Source: an uncultured delta proteobacterium
Lineage (GTDB): Bacteria; Myxococcota; Myxococcia; SLRQ01
NCBI GenBank assembly: GCA_963727485.1
Contig: CAVSGM010000002.1
Span: 32,001 to 96,000, forward strand
Direction of reading: 5' to 3'
DNA: 64,000 bases
The notes beneath the pieces are model-generated. The model searched no databases, was not told the origin of the DNA, and was given only the letters and a program-made list of their open reading frames with translations. Of the stretch, positions 26,858 to 36,148 are shown piece after piece (position 1 is the stretch's first letter; each line of letters opens with the position of its first letter). Position numbers and translations under genes: made by a program.

Positions 26858-29644
26858 ATGCGCGTCGACTGCTACAAGTGCGGCACCGCGTACCGGATCC
26901 CCGACGAAGCCATCGGGGCCGGGGGGGTCCGCGCGGAGTGCCCGAGGTGCGGCTTCCAGGAGACCATTCGGACCGACCGGACCGGTGTCGGCCCGGCGCC
27001 CAAGCCCCCGCCCATGCCCGGGCAGGGGGGGGCGCCCGGGCAATCCCCCGGGGCCGCGGCCCCGGCGGCGCCCGCGCCCGCGCCCGCGGCGCCCGGCGCC
27101 GGTGAGGCCGCCGCGCTCTTCGACTACTCCGGGGTCCCGGGCGCGGGCCCGGCCGCCCCGTCGGCGGCGGTGGTGGCCCACGGGGACGACGACAATCCCT
27201 TCGCCGACATCGACACCAGCGTCCCGGTGGGGCCCGGCGCCGCCCCGGCGGCCGTCCCGGCGCCCCGTCCCCCGCCGGCGGCCGCTTCCCAGCCGGCGCC
27301 CGCGCCCCAGCCGGCGGCGCGTCCGCAGCCGGCGACGCCGCTCCCGCGGCCGGCGACGCCGCTCCCGCGGCCGGCGACGCCGCTCCCGCGGCCCGACCCG
27401 GGGACCGGCTTCGTCCACGGCGCGCCGACCCCCACCCCGGCCGGGATCCACGTGCCCCCGGCGCGCACCGAGCCCGAGTACCGGGTGAAGAAGCCCGACG
27501 GTCGGGTCCTGGGCCCGGTGGGCTACGCCGCGCTGGAGCAGATGGCCGAGACCGGCGAGCTCGCCCCCGGCGACCAGGTCGCCCGGGACGACGACGAGTT
27601 CCGCCTCATCTCCCAGTACGAGGAGGCGGCCCACCTCCTGGAGAAGGCCGCCTCCCACTACCGGGTGCGCACCGCCGCCGCGTCGATGCAGGGGCCCCGG
27701 CGCGCCAGGTGGCCCTGGGTGGTCGGGACCGTCGTGGTGCTCCTGGTCGGCGGGGCCGCGGCGGTGGGCCGCTTCGCCCCCCACGCCATCCCCGCGGGCC
27801 TCCGCAAGCCCCTGGCGCCGGTCCTGTCCCTCCTCGCGCCCAGCGGCCCGGCCCTGCCGCCGAACCCGGTGAAGGCCCAGCTCGCCCGCTACCGCCTCCA
27901 GATCCCCGAGGCCAAGGGGACGGCGGCCGCCCAGGTGAAGCAGGCGCGCGCCCTCATGGCCAAGGACACGGTCGACGGCTACCGGGGCGCCGACGTGGCC
28001 CTGAAGAAGGCCCTCATCCTCGACCCGGACGACGCCGACGCCATCGGCCTCTTCGTCCTCAACACCGCCTACCTCGACGGCTGGCACAGCGGCCCCAAGA
28101 CCCTCCAGGTGCTCCTCGCCTACGCCGACTACCTGGGCCAGGCCCACCCCAAGGCGCCCACGGTGCACCTGGCCCGGGCGACGGCCAACCTGCTCATCGG
28201 CAAGGGGCAGGCCACCGAGGCCCGGGACGAGGCCCAGAAGGCCGTGGACGCCGATCCCCACAGCGTCTCCGCCCGGATCGTCCTGGCCCGGGCCACCAAC
28301 CTCTTCGACCACCAGGCCGCCCGGAAGATGATCGACGACCTCCAGAAGGACGCCGGGGCGGATCCCCGGGTGATCCTCACCCGGGGCTTCATCTGCCAGG
28401 CCGACGGGGACTTCGCCTGCGCCGAGAAGGCCTTCCGCGCCCGCCTCGACAAGACCCCGGGGCAGGAGGAGGCCTCCAACGCCCTCGCGCGGCTCTACGT
28501 CCTCCTCGGCCGCTACGACGACGCCGGGGCGGTCTACCGGGCGATCCTCAAGGCCGACCCGGACCGGGTCGACGCCGAGCTCGACCTCGCGGTCCTCGAC
28601 TACCAGGTGCGCGGCGACCTCCGGGGGGCCGCCCGGCGCCTCGCCACCCTCCGGCGCCACGGCCTGGACCTCGCCGACGCCGTCACCGCGGCGCGGATCC
28701 GCACCCACTCGGCCGTCGTGGCCCGGCTCCAGGGGCACCTCGACGACGCCGACAAGCTGGTCCGACAGGTCCTCAAGGACCGGCCCCTCGACGGCCCCGG
28801 GAGCTACCAGGGGGCGCTCCTGGCCATCCTCCAGCACGACCCGTCCCGGGCCCGGGACCTGGCGGCGTCGGTCTCGGCGAGCCTCGACGATCCCGCCCGG
28901 GTCGCCGTCCTCCACGCCCTGGTGGCCCACGTGGCCGCGGACGACGACGGCGCCGAGGCCGCAGCCAGGCAGGCGGCCACGGCGGATCCCGGGGCCCTGG
29001 CCCCGGTGCTCCTGGCCACCGCCCTCGAGGGCGACCTGGGCAAGCCGAGGCAGGCCTACCTGTTGATGCAGAAGGTCATCGCCATCGACCCCGCCGACGC
29101 CCGCCGCTCCCGGCCGCCCACCGACTACTACGACGGCGCGGTGGCCGCCCAGGTCACGGTGAAGGGCTTCGAGGCCCTGGTGAAGGCCGACCCCCAGCAG
29201 GGCCTCGCCTACGCCGGGCTGGGGATCGCGCGCTACCTCGCCGGGGACGTCGCCGGGGCCAGGACGGCCCTCCAGAAGGCCGTGTCCCTCGACGACCAGA
29301 ACGTCCCGGCGCTGGTCTACCTCGGCGAGCTCGCCCGGGCGCGCGGGGACCTCGCCGAGGCGAAGGACGACTTCTCCCAGGCGGTGGACTCGGATCACCT
29401 GGCACCGCTCCCCCAGTACCTCCTGGGCCGGGTCCAGGAGCTCCAGGGCAAGCTGCGCCCGGCGGCCGTCGCCTACCGCCGGACCCTCCGCCTCGACCCG
29501 GGCTTCCACCTGGCCACGGTGCGCCTCGCCCTGATGCGGGCCCGGCGCGGGGACAAGGACGGAGCCCGCCACGCCCTGCTCCAGGTGCTCACCCTCCACC
29601 CGGACAGCGTCGAGGCCCGCCGGGCCCTCTACGCGGTGGAGTAG
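26858..29644 (+). CDS. MJ0042-type zinc-ribbon / GYF-like / TM / TPR protein
   Basis: CYKC...CPRC ribbon, Pro/Ala linker, YRVKKPDGRVLGPV GYF-like segment, TM, many TPRs. Confidence 0.85.
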   Translation: MRVDCYKCGTAYRIPDEAIGAGGVRAECPRCGFQETIRTDRTGVGPAPKPPPMPGQGGAPGQSPGAAAPAAPAPAPAAPGAGEAAALFDYSGVPGAGPAAPSAAVVAHGDDDNPFADIDTSVPVGPGAAPAAVPAPRPPPAAASQPAPAPQPAARPQPATPLPRPATPLPRPATPLPRPDPGTGFVHGAPTPTPAGIHVPPARTEPEYRVKKPDGRVLGPVGYAALEQMAETGELAPGDQVARDDDEFRLISQYEEAAHLLEKAASHYRVRTAAASMQGPRRARWPWVVGTVVVLLVGGAAAVGRFAPHAIPAGLRKPLAPVLSLLAPSGPALPPNPVKAQLARYRLQIPEAKGTAAAQVKQARALMAKDTVDGYRGADVALKKALILDPDDADAIGLFVLNTAYLDGWHSGPKTLQVLLAYADYLGQAHPKAPTVHLARATANLLIGKGQATEARDEAQKAVDADPHSVSARIVLARATNLFDHQAARKMIDDLQKDAGADPRVILTRGFICQADGDFACAEKAFRARLDKTPGQEEASNALARLYVLLGRYDDAGAVYRAILKADPDRVDAELDLAVLDYQVRGDLRGAARRLATLRRHGLDLADAVTAARIRTHSAVVARLQGHLDDADKLVRQVLKDRPLDGPGSYQGALLAILQHDPSRARDLAASVSASLDDPARVAVLHALVAHVAADDDGAEAAARQAATADPGALAPVLLATALEGDLGKPRQAYLLMQKVIAIDPADARRSRPPTDYYDGAVAAQVTVKGFEALVKADPQQGLAYAGLGIARYLAGDVAGARTALQKAVSLDDQNVPALVYLGELARARGDLAEAKDDFSQAVDSDHLAPLPQYLLGRVQELQGKLRPAAVAYRRTLRLDPGFHLATVRLALMRARRGDKDGARHALLQVLTLHPDSVEARRALYAVE
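27329..27391 (+). repeat. Perfect 21-bp tandem repeat x3 encoding PATPLPR
   Basis: CCGGCGACGCCGCTCCCGCGG three times. Confidence 0.95.
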
Positions 29645-29694
29645 GGCGCGCCGCCCGGGTTCCGGATCGCCCGGGGCTCTGGTAGAAGGCGCCC

Positions 29695-30987
29695 ATGCGA
29701 ATCCTGGTGGTGGGCAGCGGCGGCCGGGAGCACGCGCTGGCGTGGCGCCTCGGCCGCGGGCACCCCCCGGGGGAGGATCGCCAGGTCCTCTGCGCGCCGG
29801 GGAACGCGGGCATCGCCCGGGACGCCGAGTGCGTGCCGGTGAAGGCCGACGACGTCGAGGGCCTCGTCCGCCTCGCCCGGGAGCGGGCGGTGGACCTGGT
29901 GGTGGTGGGGCCCGAGCAGCCCCTGATGCTCGGCCTGGTCGATCGCCTCACCGAGGCGGGCATCCCCGCCTTCGGTCCCTCGGCGGCGGCGGCGGCCCTC
30001 GAGGGCAGCAAGACCTTCGCCAAGGAGATCATGCTCCGGGCCGAGGTGCCCACCGCCGACTGGCGCGCCTTCGACGACCCCCACCTCGCCCGGACCTACG
30101 CCCGGGAGCTCGGGGGCAGGGTGGCGGTGAAGGCGGACGGCCTGGCGGCGGGCAAGGGCGTCATCCTCTGCCACGGCCCCGACGAGAGCGACGCCGCCGT
30201 CACCCGCCTCATGGACGAGGGCGCGGTGGGCGACGCCGGCCACCGGGTGGTGGTCGAGGCGCTCCTCGAGGGCGAGGAGGCCAGCTTCATCGCCCTCTGC
30301 GACGGCACCCGGGTGCTGCCGCTGGCCGGCTCCCAGGACCACAAGGCCGCCTTCGACGGCGACGCCGGGCCCAACACCGGCGGCATGGGCGCGGTCTCGC
30401 CCACCCCCTGCCTCGACGAGGCGACGACCCGACAGGTGATGGACCAGGTGATGAAGCCGGTGGTCCTGGCCCTGGCCGAGAGCGGCCGGCCGTTTCGGGG
30501 CGCCCTCTACGCCGGGCTGATGCTCACCGCCGAGGGGCCCAAGGTTCTCGAGTTCAACGTGCGCTTCGGCGATCCCGAGACCCAGGCCCTGATGCTCCGC
30601 CTCGAGAGCGATCTCGCGCCGGTCCTCCTCGCCGCCGCCAACGGCGATCTCTCCGACGCGCGCCTGGTCTGGGACCGTCGGCCGGCGGTGTGCGTGGTCG
30701 TGGCCAGCGGCGGCTACCCGGGCCCCTACGAGGTCGGCGCGCCCATCACCGGCCTCGCCGAGCTCGACGCCGTCGAGGGCCTCCAGGTCTTCCACGCGGG
30801 CACCGCCACCGACGCCGACGAACGGGTGATCACCGCCGGGGGGCGGGTCCTCGGGGTCACCGCCCTCGGCGACGACGTCGGCGAGGCCCGGCGGCGCGCC
30901 TACGAGGCGGTGGGCCATCTTCACTTCGACGGGGCGTTCTGGCGCCGGGACATCGGGGCGCGTGCCCTCGGTCCCCGGTCGCCGTGA
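29695..30987 (+). CDS. purD: Phosphoribosylamine-glycine ligase
   Basis: GSGGREHA, KADGLAAGKGV, QDHK...DGD.GPNTGGMG, EFNVRFGDPE, FHAGT, GGRV. Confidence 0.97.
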   Translation: MRILVVGSGGREHALAWRLGRGHPPGEDRQVLCAPGNAGIARDAECVPVKADDVEGLVRLARERAVDLVVVGPEQPLMLGLVDRLTEAGIPAFGPSAAAAALEGSKTFAKEIMLRAEVPTADWRAFDDPHLARTYARELGGRVAVKADGLAAGKGVILCHGPDESDAAVTRLMDEGAVGDAGHRVVVEALLEGEEASFIALCDGTRVLPLAGSQDHKAAFDGDAGPNTGGMGAVSPTPCLDEATTRQVMDQVMKPVVLALAESGRPFRGALYAGLMLTAEGPKVLEFNVRFGDPETQALMLRLESDLAPVLLAAANGDLSDARLVWDRRPAVCVVVASGGYPGPYEVGAPITGLAELDAVEGLQVFHAGTATDADERVITAGGRVLGVTALGDDVGEARRRAYEAVGHLHFDGAFWRRDIGARALGPRSP

Positions 30988-31074
30988 CCGCCACGCCTTG
31001 CCCTGCGGCACGTAGCGATTACCTCACAGGTTGAGCAGACCGACTGGACCTGCAGCAGCGGAACGGGGAACAGC

Positions 31075-31695
31075 ATGGACAAGACCGCGAGAGTGAGTGA
31101 GACCTATGGCAGCCTTCCGGGGGTGTTCATCCACCCCCGCTCCATCGTGGAGTCCCGGGAGGTCGGAGAGGGGACCCGGGTCTGGGCCAACGCCCACATC
31201 CTGGGCGGCGCGAAGGTGGGCCGCGACTGCAACGTGTGCGACTGCGTGTTCATCGAGAGCGGTGCCGTGGTCGGAGACGGCGTCACCCTGAAGAACGGGG
31301 TGCAGCTCTGGGACAAGGTGACCGTCGAGGACGAGGTCTTCCTCGGCCCCAACGCCACCTTCACCAACGACATGCGGCCCCGGGCCGGCCGGCGGAAGAG
31401 CCCTGAGGAGTTCCACCCCACGGTGGTCCGCCACGGGGCCACCATCGGCGCCAACGCCACCATCGTCTGCGGCAACGACATCGGCCGCTACGCCTTCATC
31501 GGCGCCGGGGCGGTGGTGCGCACCCCGGTGCCCGACCACGCGCTGATGGTCGGCTGCCCGGCGCGGCAGGTCGGCTGGGCCTGTGCCTGCGGCGAGACCC
31601 TCCCGGGGCTCACCGACGGTCACGCCAAGTGCGGGGCCTGCGGGGCGACCTACCGGCAGACCGACGCCGGCCTGGCGCAGACCAACGCCGGGTAG
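31075..31695 (+). CDS. Hexapeptide-repeat NDP-amino-sugar N-acetyltransferase (WbpD/WxcM-like)
   Basis: Left-handed beta-helix repeats, VFLGPNATFTND, GANATIVCG, PARQVGW.C.CG plus C-terminal Cys pair. Confidence 0.88.
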   Translation: MDKTARVSETYGSLPGVFIHPRSIVESREVGEGTRVWANAHILGGAKVGRDCNVCDCVFIESGAVVGDGVTLKNGVQLWDKVTVEDEVFLGPNATFTNDMRPRAGRRKSPEEFHPTVVRHGATIGANATIVCGNDIGRYAFIGAGAVVRTPVPDHALMVGCPARQVGWACACGETLPGLTDGHAKCGACGATYRQTDAGLAQTNAG

Positions 31696-31766
31696 GCGCC
31701 GCCGGGAGTGGTGCATCGGCGCTCCACCTGGGGTGGGGTGCCGACGCTCCACTTCTCCGGGCGCCT
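31694..31766 (+). other. Long G.U-containing hairpin after the acetyltransferase (terminator-like or structured RNA)
   Basis: TCGGCGCTCCACC/GGTGGGGTGCCGA core stem extended by GGGAGTGG/CCACTTCT and AGGCGCC/GGCGCCT. Confidence 0.6.
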
Positions 31767-31812
31767 GATCCCGGAACGCCTGATTCCAGGCGGTTGAGGC
31801 GTCCTCAGTCGG

Positions 31813-31828
31813 TGGAACGGGGCTTGCT
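31813..31828 (+). promoter_or_regulatory. sigma54 (-24/-12) promoter of the lipoprotein-metallopeptidase pair
   Basis: TGGAACGGGGCTTGCT = GG-N10-GC, 31 nt upstream of ATG, SD GGAGG downstream. Confidence 0.62.
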
Positions 31829-31859
31829 GACCTCCTAGGGTGAACCCTGGAGGTCACCG

Positions 31860-32381
31860 ATGGACCGCGCCCGCTCCCGACCCGCCGCATCCCTCGCCCT
31901 CGCCTGCGCCGCGGTGGCGCTCGCCGCCGGCTGCAGCACCGCCAAGGCGCCGGCGACCCCCGGGGATCCCCTCGCCGATCTCCAGGGTGCCAGCCGCGGC
32001 CAGGCCATCGAGGCCATCGCCCGCCAGCACCCCCGGGTGACGCCGGTGACCGGGGCCGAGGAGGCCGGCGTCGAGCACCAGGTGGCCACCGACCCCAAGT
32101 ACGCCGAGCTCCGCGCCGCCCTCGCCGCCTCCGGGGCCTCGACGGACCAGGTCCACCAGGCGATCTCCGGCGCCTTCTACTACGGGACCGGTCAGCCCCA
32201 GGACGTCCAGATGTACCGCTGGTCCCGCCTCCACGACGACGTGGTCCAGGCGGCCCGGACCTTCATGGACAAGCTCGGCCGCGCCGAGAAGGCCCAGGAC
32301 GTCCACGTCGACCGCGCGAAGCTCGAGGCAGGCACCGGCCTGGTGAGCCTCGCCGCCGAGCCCCTCACCAACGGGAAGTAG
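31860..32381 (+). CDS. Hypothetical lipoprotein
   Basis: Signal peptide with lipobox LAAG-C; SD GGAGG. Confidence 0.8.
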   Translation: MDRARSRPAASLALACAAVALAAGCSTAKAPATPGDPLADLQGASRGQAIEAIARQHPRVTPVTGAEEAGVEHQVATDPKYAELRAALAASGASTDQVHQAISGAFYYGTGQPQDVQMYRWSRLHDDVVQAARTFMDKLGRAEKAQDVHVDRAKLEAGTGLVSLAAEPLTNGK

Positions 32382-32390
32382 GAGGACGCC

Positions 32391-34442
32391 ATGATCCGCA
32401 CCCGCCACGCCCTCGTCGTCCTCGCCCTCCTGGTGCCCCTGGCCCTCCCCATGCGCGCCCAGGCCTTCTCCTGCGCCACCGCCAACGTCCAGTGGGGCGG
32501 GAGCGTCCTCGGCGGGGTCGGCCCCAGCGGCCCCAAGCACCTCTACTTCCTCCTCACCTGCGGCCTGAACCCGGACGCGGTGGCGCGCCTGGCCAGGGAG
32601 GGCACCGGCGAGGTGTTCAAGCTCCCGGAGAAGGTCGCCACCGAGGCCGACGAGATCACCCCGGTGATGCACCGGGTGGACTACGTGTATCTGCGCGGCG
32701 GCGGGCCCGGCAGGCCCATCATCGTGGTGCCCATGACCAACGGCATCACCGGCTTCTTCGTGACCTGCCCCGGCACCTGGACCGGGCAGCGGGCGGCGAC
32801 CCTCCAGGCCTGGTACGACCGCCTGCCGTACCCGTATCTGAAGACCGGCTCCAGCCAGTTCGAGGACCTGGTCATCTGCAACGGCAGCGTCCCCCTCGGC
32901 GGCTTCTGGGGGCTCATCCAGGGGGGCACCGCGGGCGGGCTCTCCATGCCCACCGGCTACCAGGCCCTCTCGGGCAACGCGGTGGACGAGGCGGGCATCG
33001 CCAATGACGGCAGCGGTGGCTGCGATCCCGACTACGGGACCCTGTGCAGCGAGTCCTGGGGTGCCACCACCCCGGTCCACGAGCTGGCCCACATGAACCA
33101 GTTCGCCCGGGAGTGGATTGTCCCCGCGCTCTTCGTGATGCCCGGGAGCTTCGGGTCCATCTCCTGGCACAACGCCCACGTGCTCTTCATCCCCATCCCC
33201 CTGGTGTTCCAGCACAACCTGGGGTCCACGGGGACCCACGCCTTCGTCAGCAAGTACGCCATGCACCCCTTCGGCCACGACGGCCCCATGGAGGACTACG
33301 CCGAGACCGTCACCGCCGGGGTGCTCGCCAGCTTCGACATGCGGCCGCGGAACACCTCCGACGCCGACGAGGCCGCGTCCCGCGAGCAGATCCAGAAGGC
33401 CTACAACTGGCGGGGGTTCGACCCGCCGCTGAAGATGACCCCGGACACCCTCCACGGCTTCCACCGCCTCTTCCTCGAGAAGGACCCGGTGATGAAGGCC
33501 AAGGCGCGGGCGATCACCGGCCTCTACACCTACAGCGGCTGCGATCCCCAGGACGCCGACGGCGACGGCGACACCTGGTCACCCCTCACCGGCGGCGACT
33601 GCGACGACAGCAACCCCGCGGTTGCCGGCGACTGCCCGCCCATCGACCCCGACGCCGCCAGCCTGCCCATCTGCGCCTGCCCCGCAGGACAGCTGCGCAA
33701 CGACAAGGGGGTCTGCGTGAAGGTCGACACCGTTGACGCCTCGGTCTTCGACTTCGCCGCCCAGGACGCCTCGGGCAAGACCACCGAGCTCTCCGCCGGC
33801 GCCACCGCCTGTCTCGACGTCCCCGCCCAGGGCGTCGTCCCTCCTGGGGCCACGAAGGTCGGGGCCGAGGGCGACTGCACCGCCTGGCGCTTCGGGGCCT
33901 CGGGCTCGGGCGGCGGCGGTGGCGGCTCGACCGCGAAGACCGACCTGGGGACGGTGGCCTTCCAGACGGCCCTCGCCGGCCAGGTGGGCCTCGCCCCGGC
34001 CTCGGGGGGCTGCTACCAGGCGGTCCTGCCCCAGGGCCAGCGCGCCTTCCGCCCGGGGGCGAAGGTCACCGTGAGCGCCACCGGGGGCCACGACTTCCCC
34101 GCCTTCTCCCAGCAGGTCGCCGGGCCGATCGATCTCGGCCTCCGGGTGGGCATCTTCACCCCGGGGCGCGCCCTCGAGCTCGCCTTCAGCGGCGGCCAGG
34201 CGCCCACCCTGGTGGCCCTCTCGGCCGGCGGGTCCTCGGGGGTGGTGACCATCCAGTGCCAGGCGAAGGCCGGCGCCACGGCCCTGAAGGTCCCGGGGAC
34301 CCTCACGGCGAAGCTCGATGGGGCCGCGAGCGGGGTGAGCCTCTCGGTGGCCCGGAGCCGGACGGTCACCGGCCGCACCGCCGACGGCCACCACCTGGTG
34401 AGCCTCTCGGCCACCCGGGGCGTCTCCCGGCAGCTCCCCTAG
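32391..34442 (+). CDS. Secreted putative zinc metallopeptidase (HExxH) with Asp/Cys-rich metal-binding motif and C-terminal beta domain
   Basis: Sec signal (AQA), HELAH, FVSKYA...EDYAE, DADGDGD...GGDCDDSNP; SD AGGAGG. Confidence 0.7.
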   Translation: MIRTRHALVVLALLVPLALPMRAQAFSCATANVQWGGSVLGGVGPSGPKHLYFLLTCGLNPDAVARLAREGTGEVFKLPEKVATEADEITPVMHRVDYVYLRGGGPGRPIIVVPMTNGITGFFVTCPGTWTGQRAATLQAWYDRLPYPYLKTGSSQFEDLVICNGSVPLGGFWGLIQGGTAGGLSMPTGYQALSGNAVDEAGIANDGSGGCDPDYGTLCSESWGATTPVHELAHMNQFAREWIVPALFVMPGSFGSISWHNAHVLFIPIPLVFQHNLGSTGTHAFVSKYAMHPFGHDGPMEDYAETVTAGVLASFDMRPRNTSDADEAASREQIQKAYNWRGFDPPLKMTPDTLHGFHRLFLEKDPVMKAKARAITGLYTYSGCDPQDADGDGDTWSPLTGGDCDDSNPAVAGDCPPIDPDAASLPICACPAGQLRNDKGVCVKVDTVDASVFDFAAQDASGKTTELSAGATACLDVPAQGVVPPGATKVGAEGDCTAWRFGASGSGGGGGGSTAKTDLGTVAFQTALAGQVGLAPASGGCYQAVLPQGQRAFRPGAKVTVSATGGHDFPAFSQQVAGPIDLGLRVGIFTPGRALELAFSGGQAPTLVALSAGGSSGVVTIQCQAKAGATALKVPGTLTAKLDGAASGVSLSVARSRTVTGRTADGHHLVSLSATRGVSRQLP

Positions 34443-34535
34443 GACCTGGAACCGGGGCTGGTACCCAGGGCGCCGGCGCCTACGTTGGGGGCGAGCCCGG
34501 GCATCGCGCCCGGCGCCTCCACGGGGAGTGAGAAG

Positions 34536-34994
34536 ATGCGTCGCCTGATCCGCTGGCCGGTCCTGGCGCTGGTCGCCGCCGGCCTCGTCACCGCCTGCGT
34601 TCCGGTCTACTACGGGCCCGACTGGTCCGTGTACGCCGACGTCCCGCCGCCCGCACCCTACGCCGAGGTGATCCCGCCGGCCCCCGGACCCGACTACCTG
34701 TGGGTCAACGGGTACTGGAACTGGAACGGCGCCACCTACGTCTGGGTCCGCGGCTACTGGGGCCTGCGGCCGTACCCCGGCTACGTGTGGCTCCACAGCG
34801 GCTGGGAGCTGCGCCACAACCGCTACGTCTTCGTGCCCGGCCGATGGGCTCGCCCCGGGCACCCGCGGGTCCGCTATGTCCACCCGATCCCCCGGGTGCA
34901 GCACGGGAACACCTACCGCACCGTGCCCCAGCACCAGGCCCGGCCCGCCCAGCGGTCCCAGCCTCGGGGACACCCGGCGCGCCCGGCCCGGTAG
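34536..34994 (+). CDS. YXWGXW-repeat lipoprotein
   Basis: Lipobox LVTA-C; PPP...E..P..PGP.Y.WV.GYW.W...YVWV.GYW repeats. Confidence 0.85.
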   Translation: MRRLIRWPVLALVAAGLVTACVPVYYGPDWSVYADVPPPAPYAEVIPPAPGPDYLWVNGYWNWNGATYVWVRGYWGLRPYPGYVWLHSGWELRHNRYVFVPGRWARPGHPRVRYVHPIPRVQHGNTYRTVPQHQARPAQRSQPRGHPARPAR

Positions 34995-35067
34995 GGCCGG
35001 CCTCAGGGGAAGCGGCCCCGGGTGACGCCGGGGCCGCGACGCGCGCGTGACGCCGCTCCGGTGGTGC

Positions 35068-36120
35068 TCAGGCGGCGCTGGGCGCGACGACCCGCAGCGG
35101 CTCGCCGTCCCAGCTCACCTCGACCTTGGCGCCGCCGGCGGCCAGCGACCGGTCGGCGGCCTCGAGGATGCGCACCACCGTGAGGCCGTCGTCGCCGCCG
35201 GTCCGCGGGGCGGCGCCGGTCTCGCAGCACTCGACGAAGTGGCGCACCAGCACCCGCAGGGGCTCCTCGTTCTTGAGCATCGGGGTGACGATGTCGCCGT
35301 AGCGGTAGGCGTAGGCGAAGTCGCCGAAGGTGTCGTAGTAGGCCGGCTTCTCGACGCCCCGGTCGTAGATGCGCAGCTTCTCCTGGGGCTCGACGTCGTC
35401 GTAGACGAGCATCTTCTTGTCGCCGACCACCGTGGTGTAGCGCTGCTTGTGGGGGTCGAGCCAGGAGTTGAAGAGGTAGGCGGTGAGGCCGTCCTCGAAC
35501 TCGAGGTAGAGGCTGGCGACGTCCTCGACCTCGGAGACGTGGCCCTTGCCCGACGCCGACACGAAGCGGGGCAGCTTGCCGGTGAGGTGGAGGATGATGG
35601 AGAGGTCGTGGGGGGCGAGGTCCCAGAGGACGTTGATGTCCTTCTGGAAGAGCCCGAGGTTCACCCGCATGGTGCGGATGTACTGGAGGTCGCCGAGCTC
35701 GCCGGTGTCGACCAGCGCCTTCATCTTCTCCACGGCGCTGGTGTAGAGGAAGGTGTGGCCGACCATCAGGACCTTGCCGTGCTCGTCGGCGAGGCGCATC
35801 AGGTCCTCGACCTCCTTCACCGACCGGGCCAGGGGCTTCTCCACGTAGACGTGCTTGCCCGCGGCGAGCGCCTCGCTGGCGAAGCGGTGGTGGGTGGCCA
35901 CCGGGGTGGCGACCATCACCGCGTCGACGTCGGGGCTCTCGATGAGCTCGCGGTAGTTGGTGGTGGTCTTCACCGTCGGGTAGAGGCCGGCGATGTGCTC
36001 GAGGCGCTTCTCGTCGAGGTCGGCCGCCATGGCGAGCTCGGCCCCGCGGAGCTGGAAGACGTTGCGGATGAGGTTCGGGCCCCAGTAGCCGCAGCCGATG
36101 ACACCGACGCGCGTGGTCAT
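35068..36120 (-). CDS. Gfo/Idh/MocA NDP-sugar oxidoreductase (paralog 1)
   Basis: [30 protein letters not shown]. Confidence 0.9.
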   Translation of the reverse strand: MTTRVGVIGCGYWGPNLIRNVFQLRGAELAMAADLDEKRLEHIAGLYPTVKTTTNYRELIESPDVDAVMVATPVATHHRFASEALAAGKHVYVEKPLARSVKEVEDLMRLADEHGKVLMVGHTFLYTSAVEKMKALVDTGELGDLQYIRTMRVNLGLFQKDINVLWDLAPHDLSIILHLTGKLPRFVSASGKGHVSEVEDVASLYLEFEDGLTAYLFNSWLDPHKQRYTTVVGDKKMLVYDDVEPQEKLRIYDRGVEKPAYYDTFGDFAYAYRYGDIVTPMLKNEEPLRVLVRHFVECCETGAAPRTGGDDGLTVVRILEAADRSLAAGGAKVEVSWDGEPLRVVAPSAA

Positions 36121-36148
36121 GATCGAATCCTTGGGAGTGGGAGCGGGG

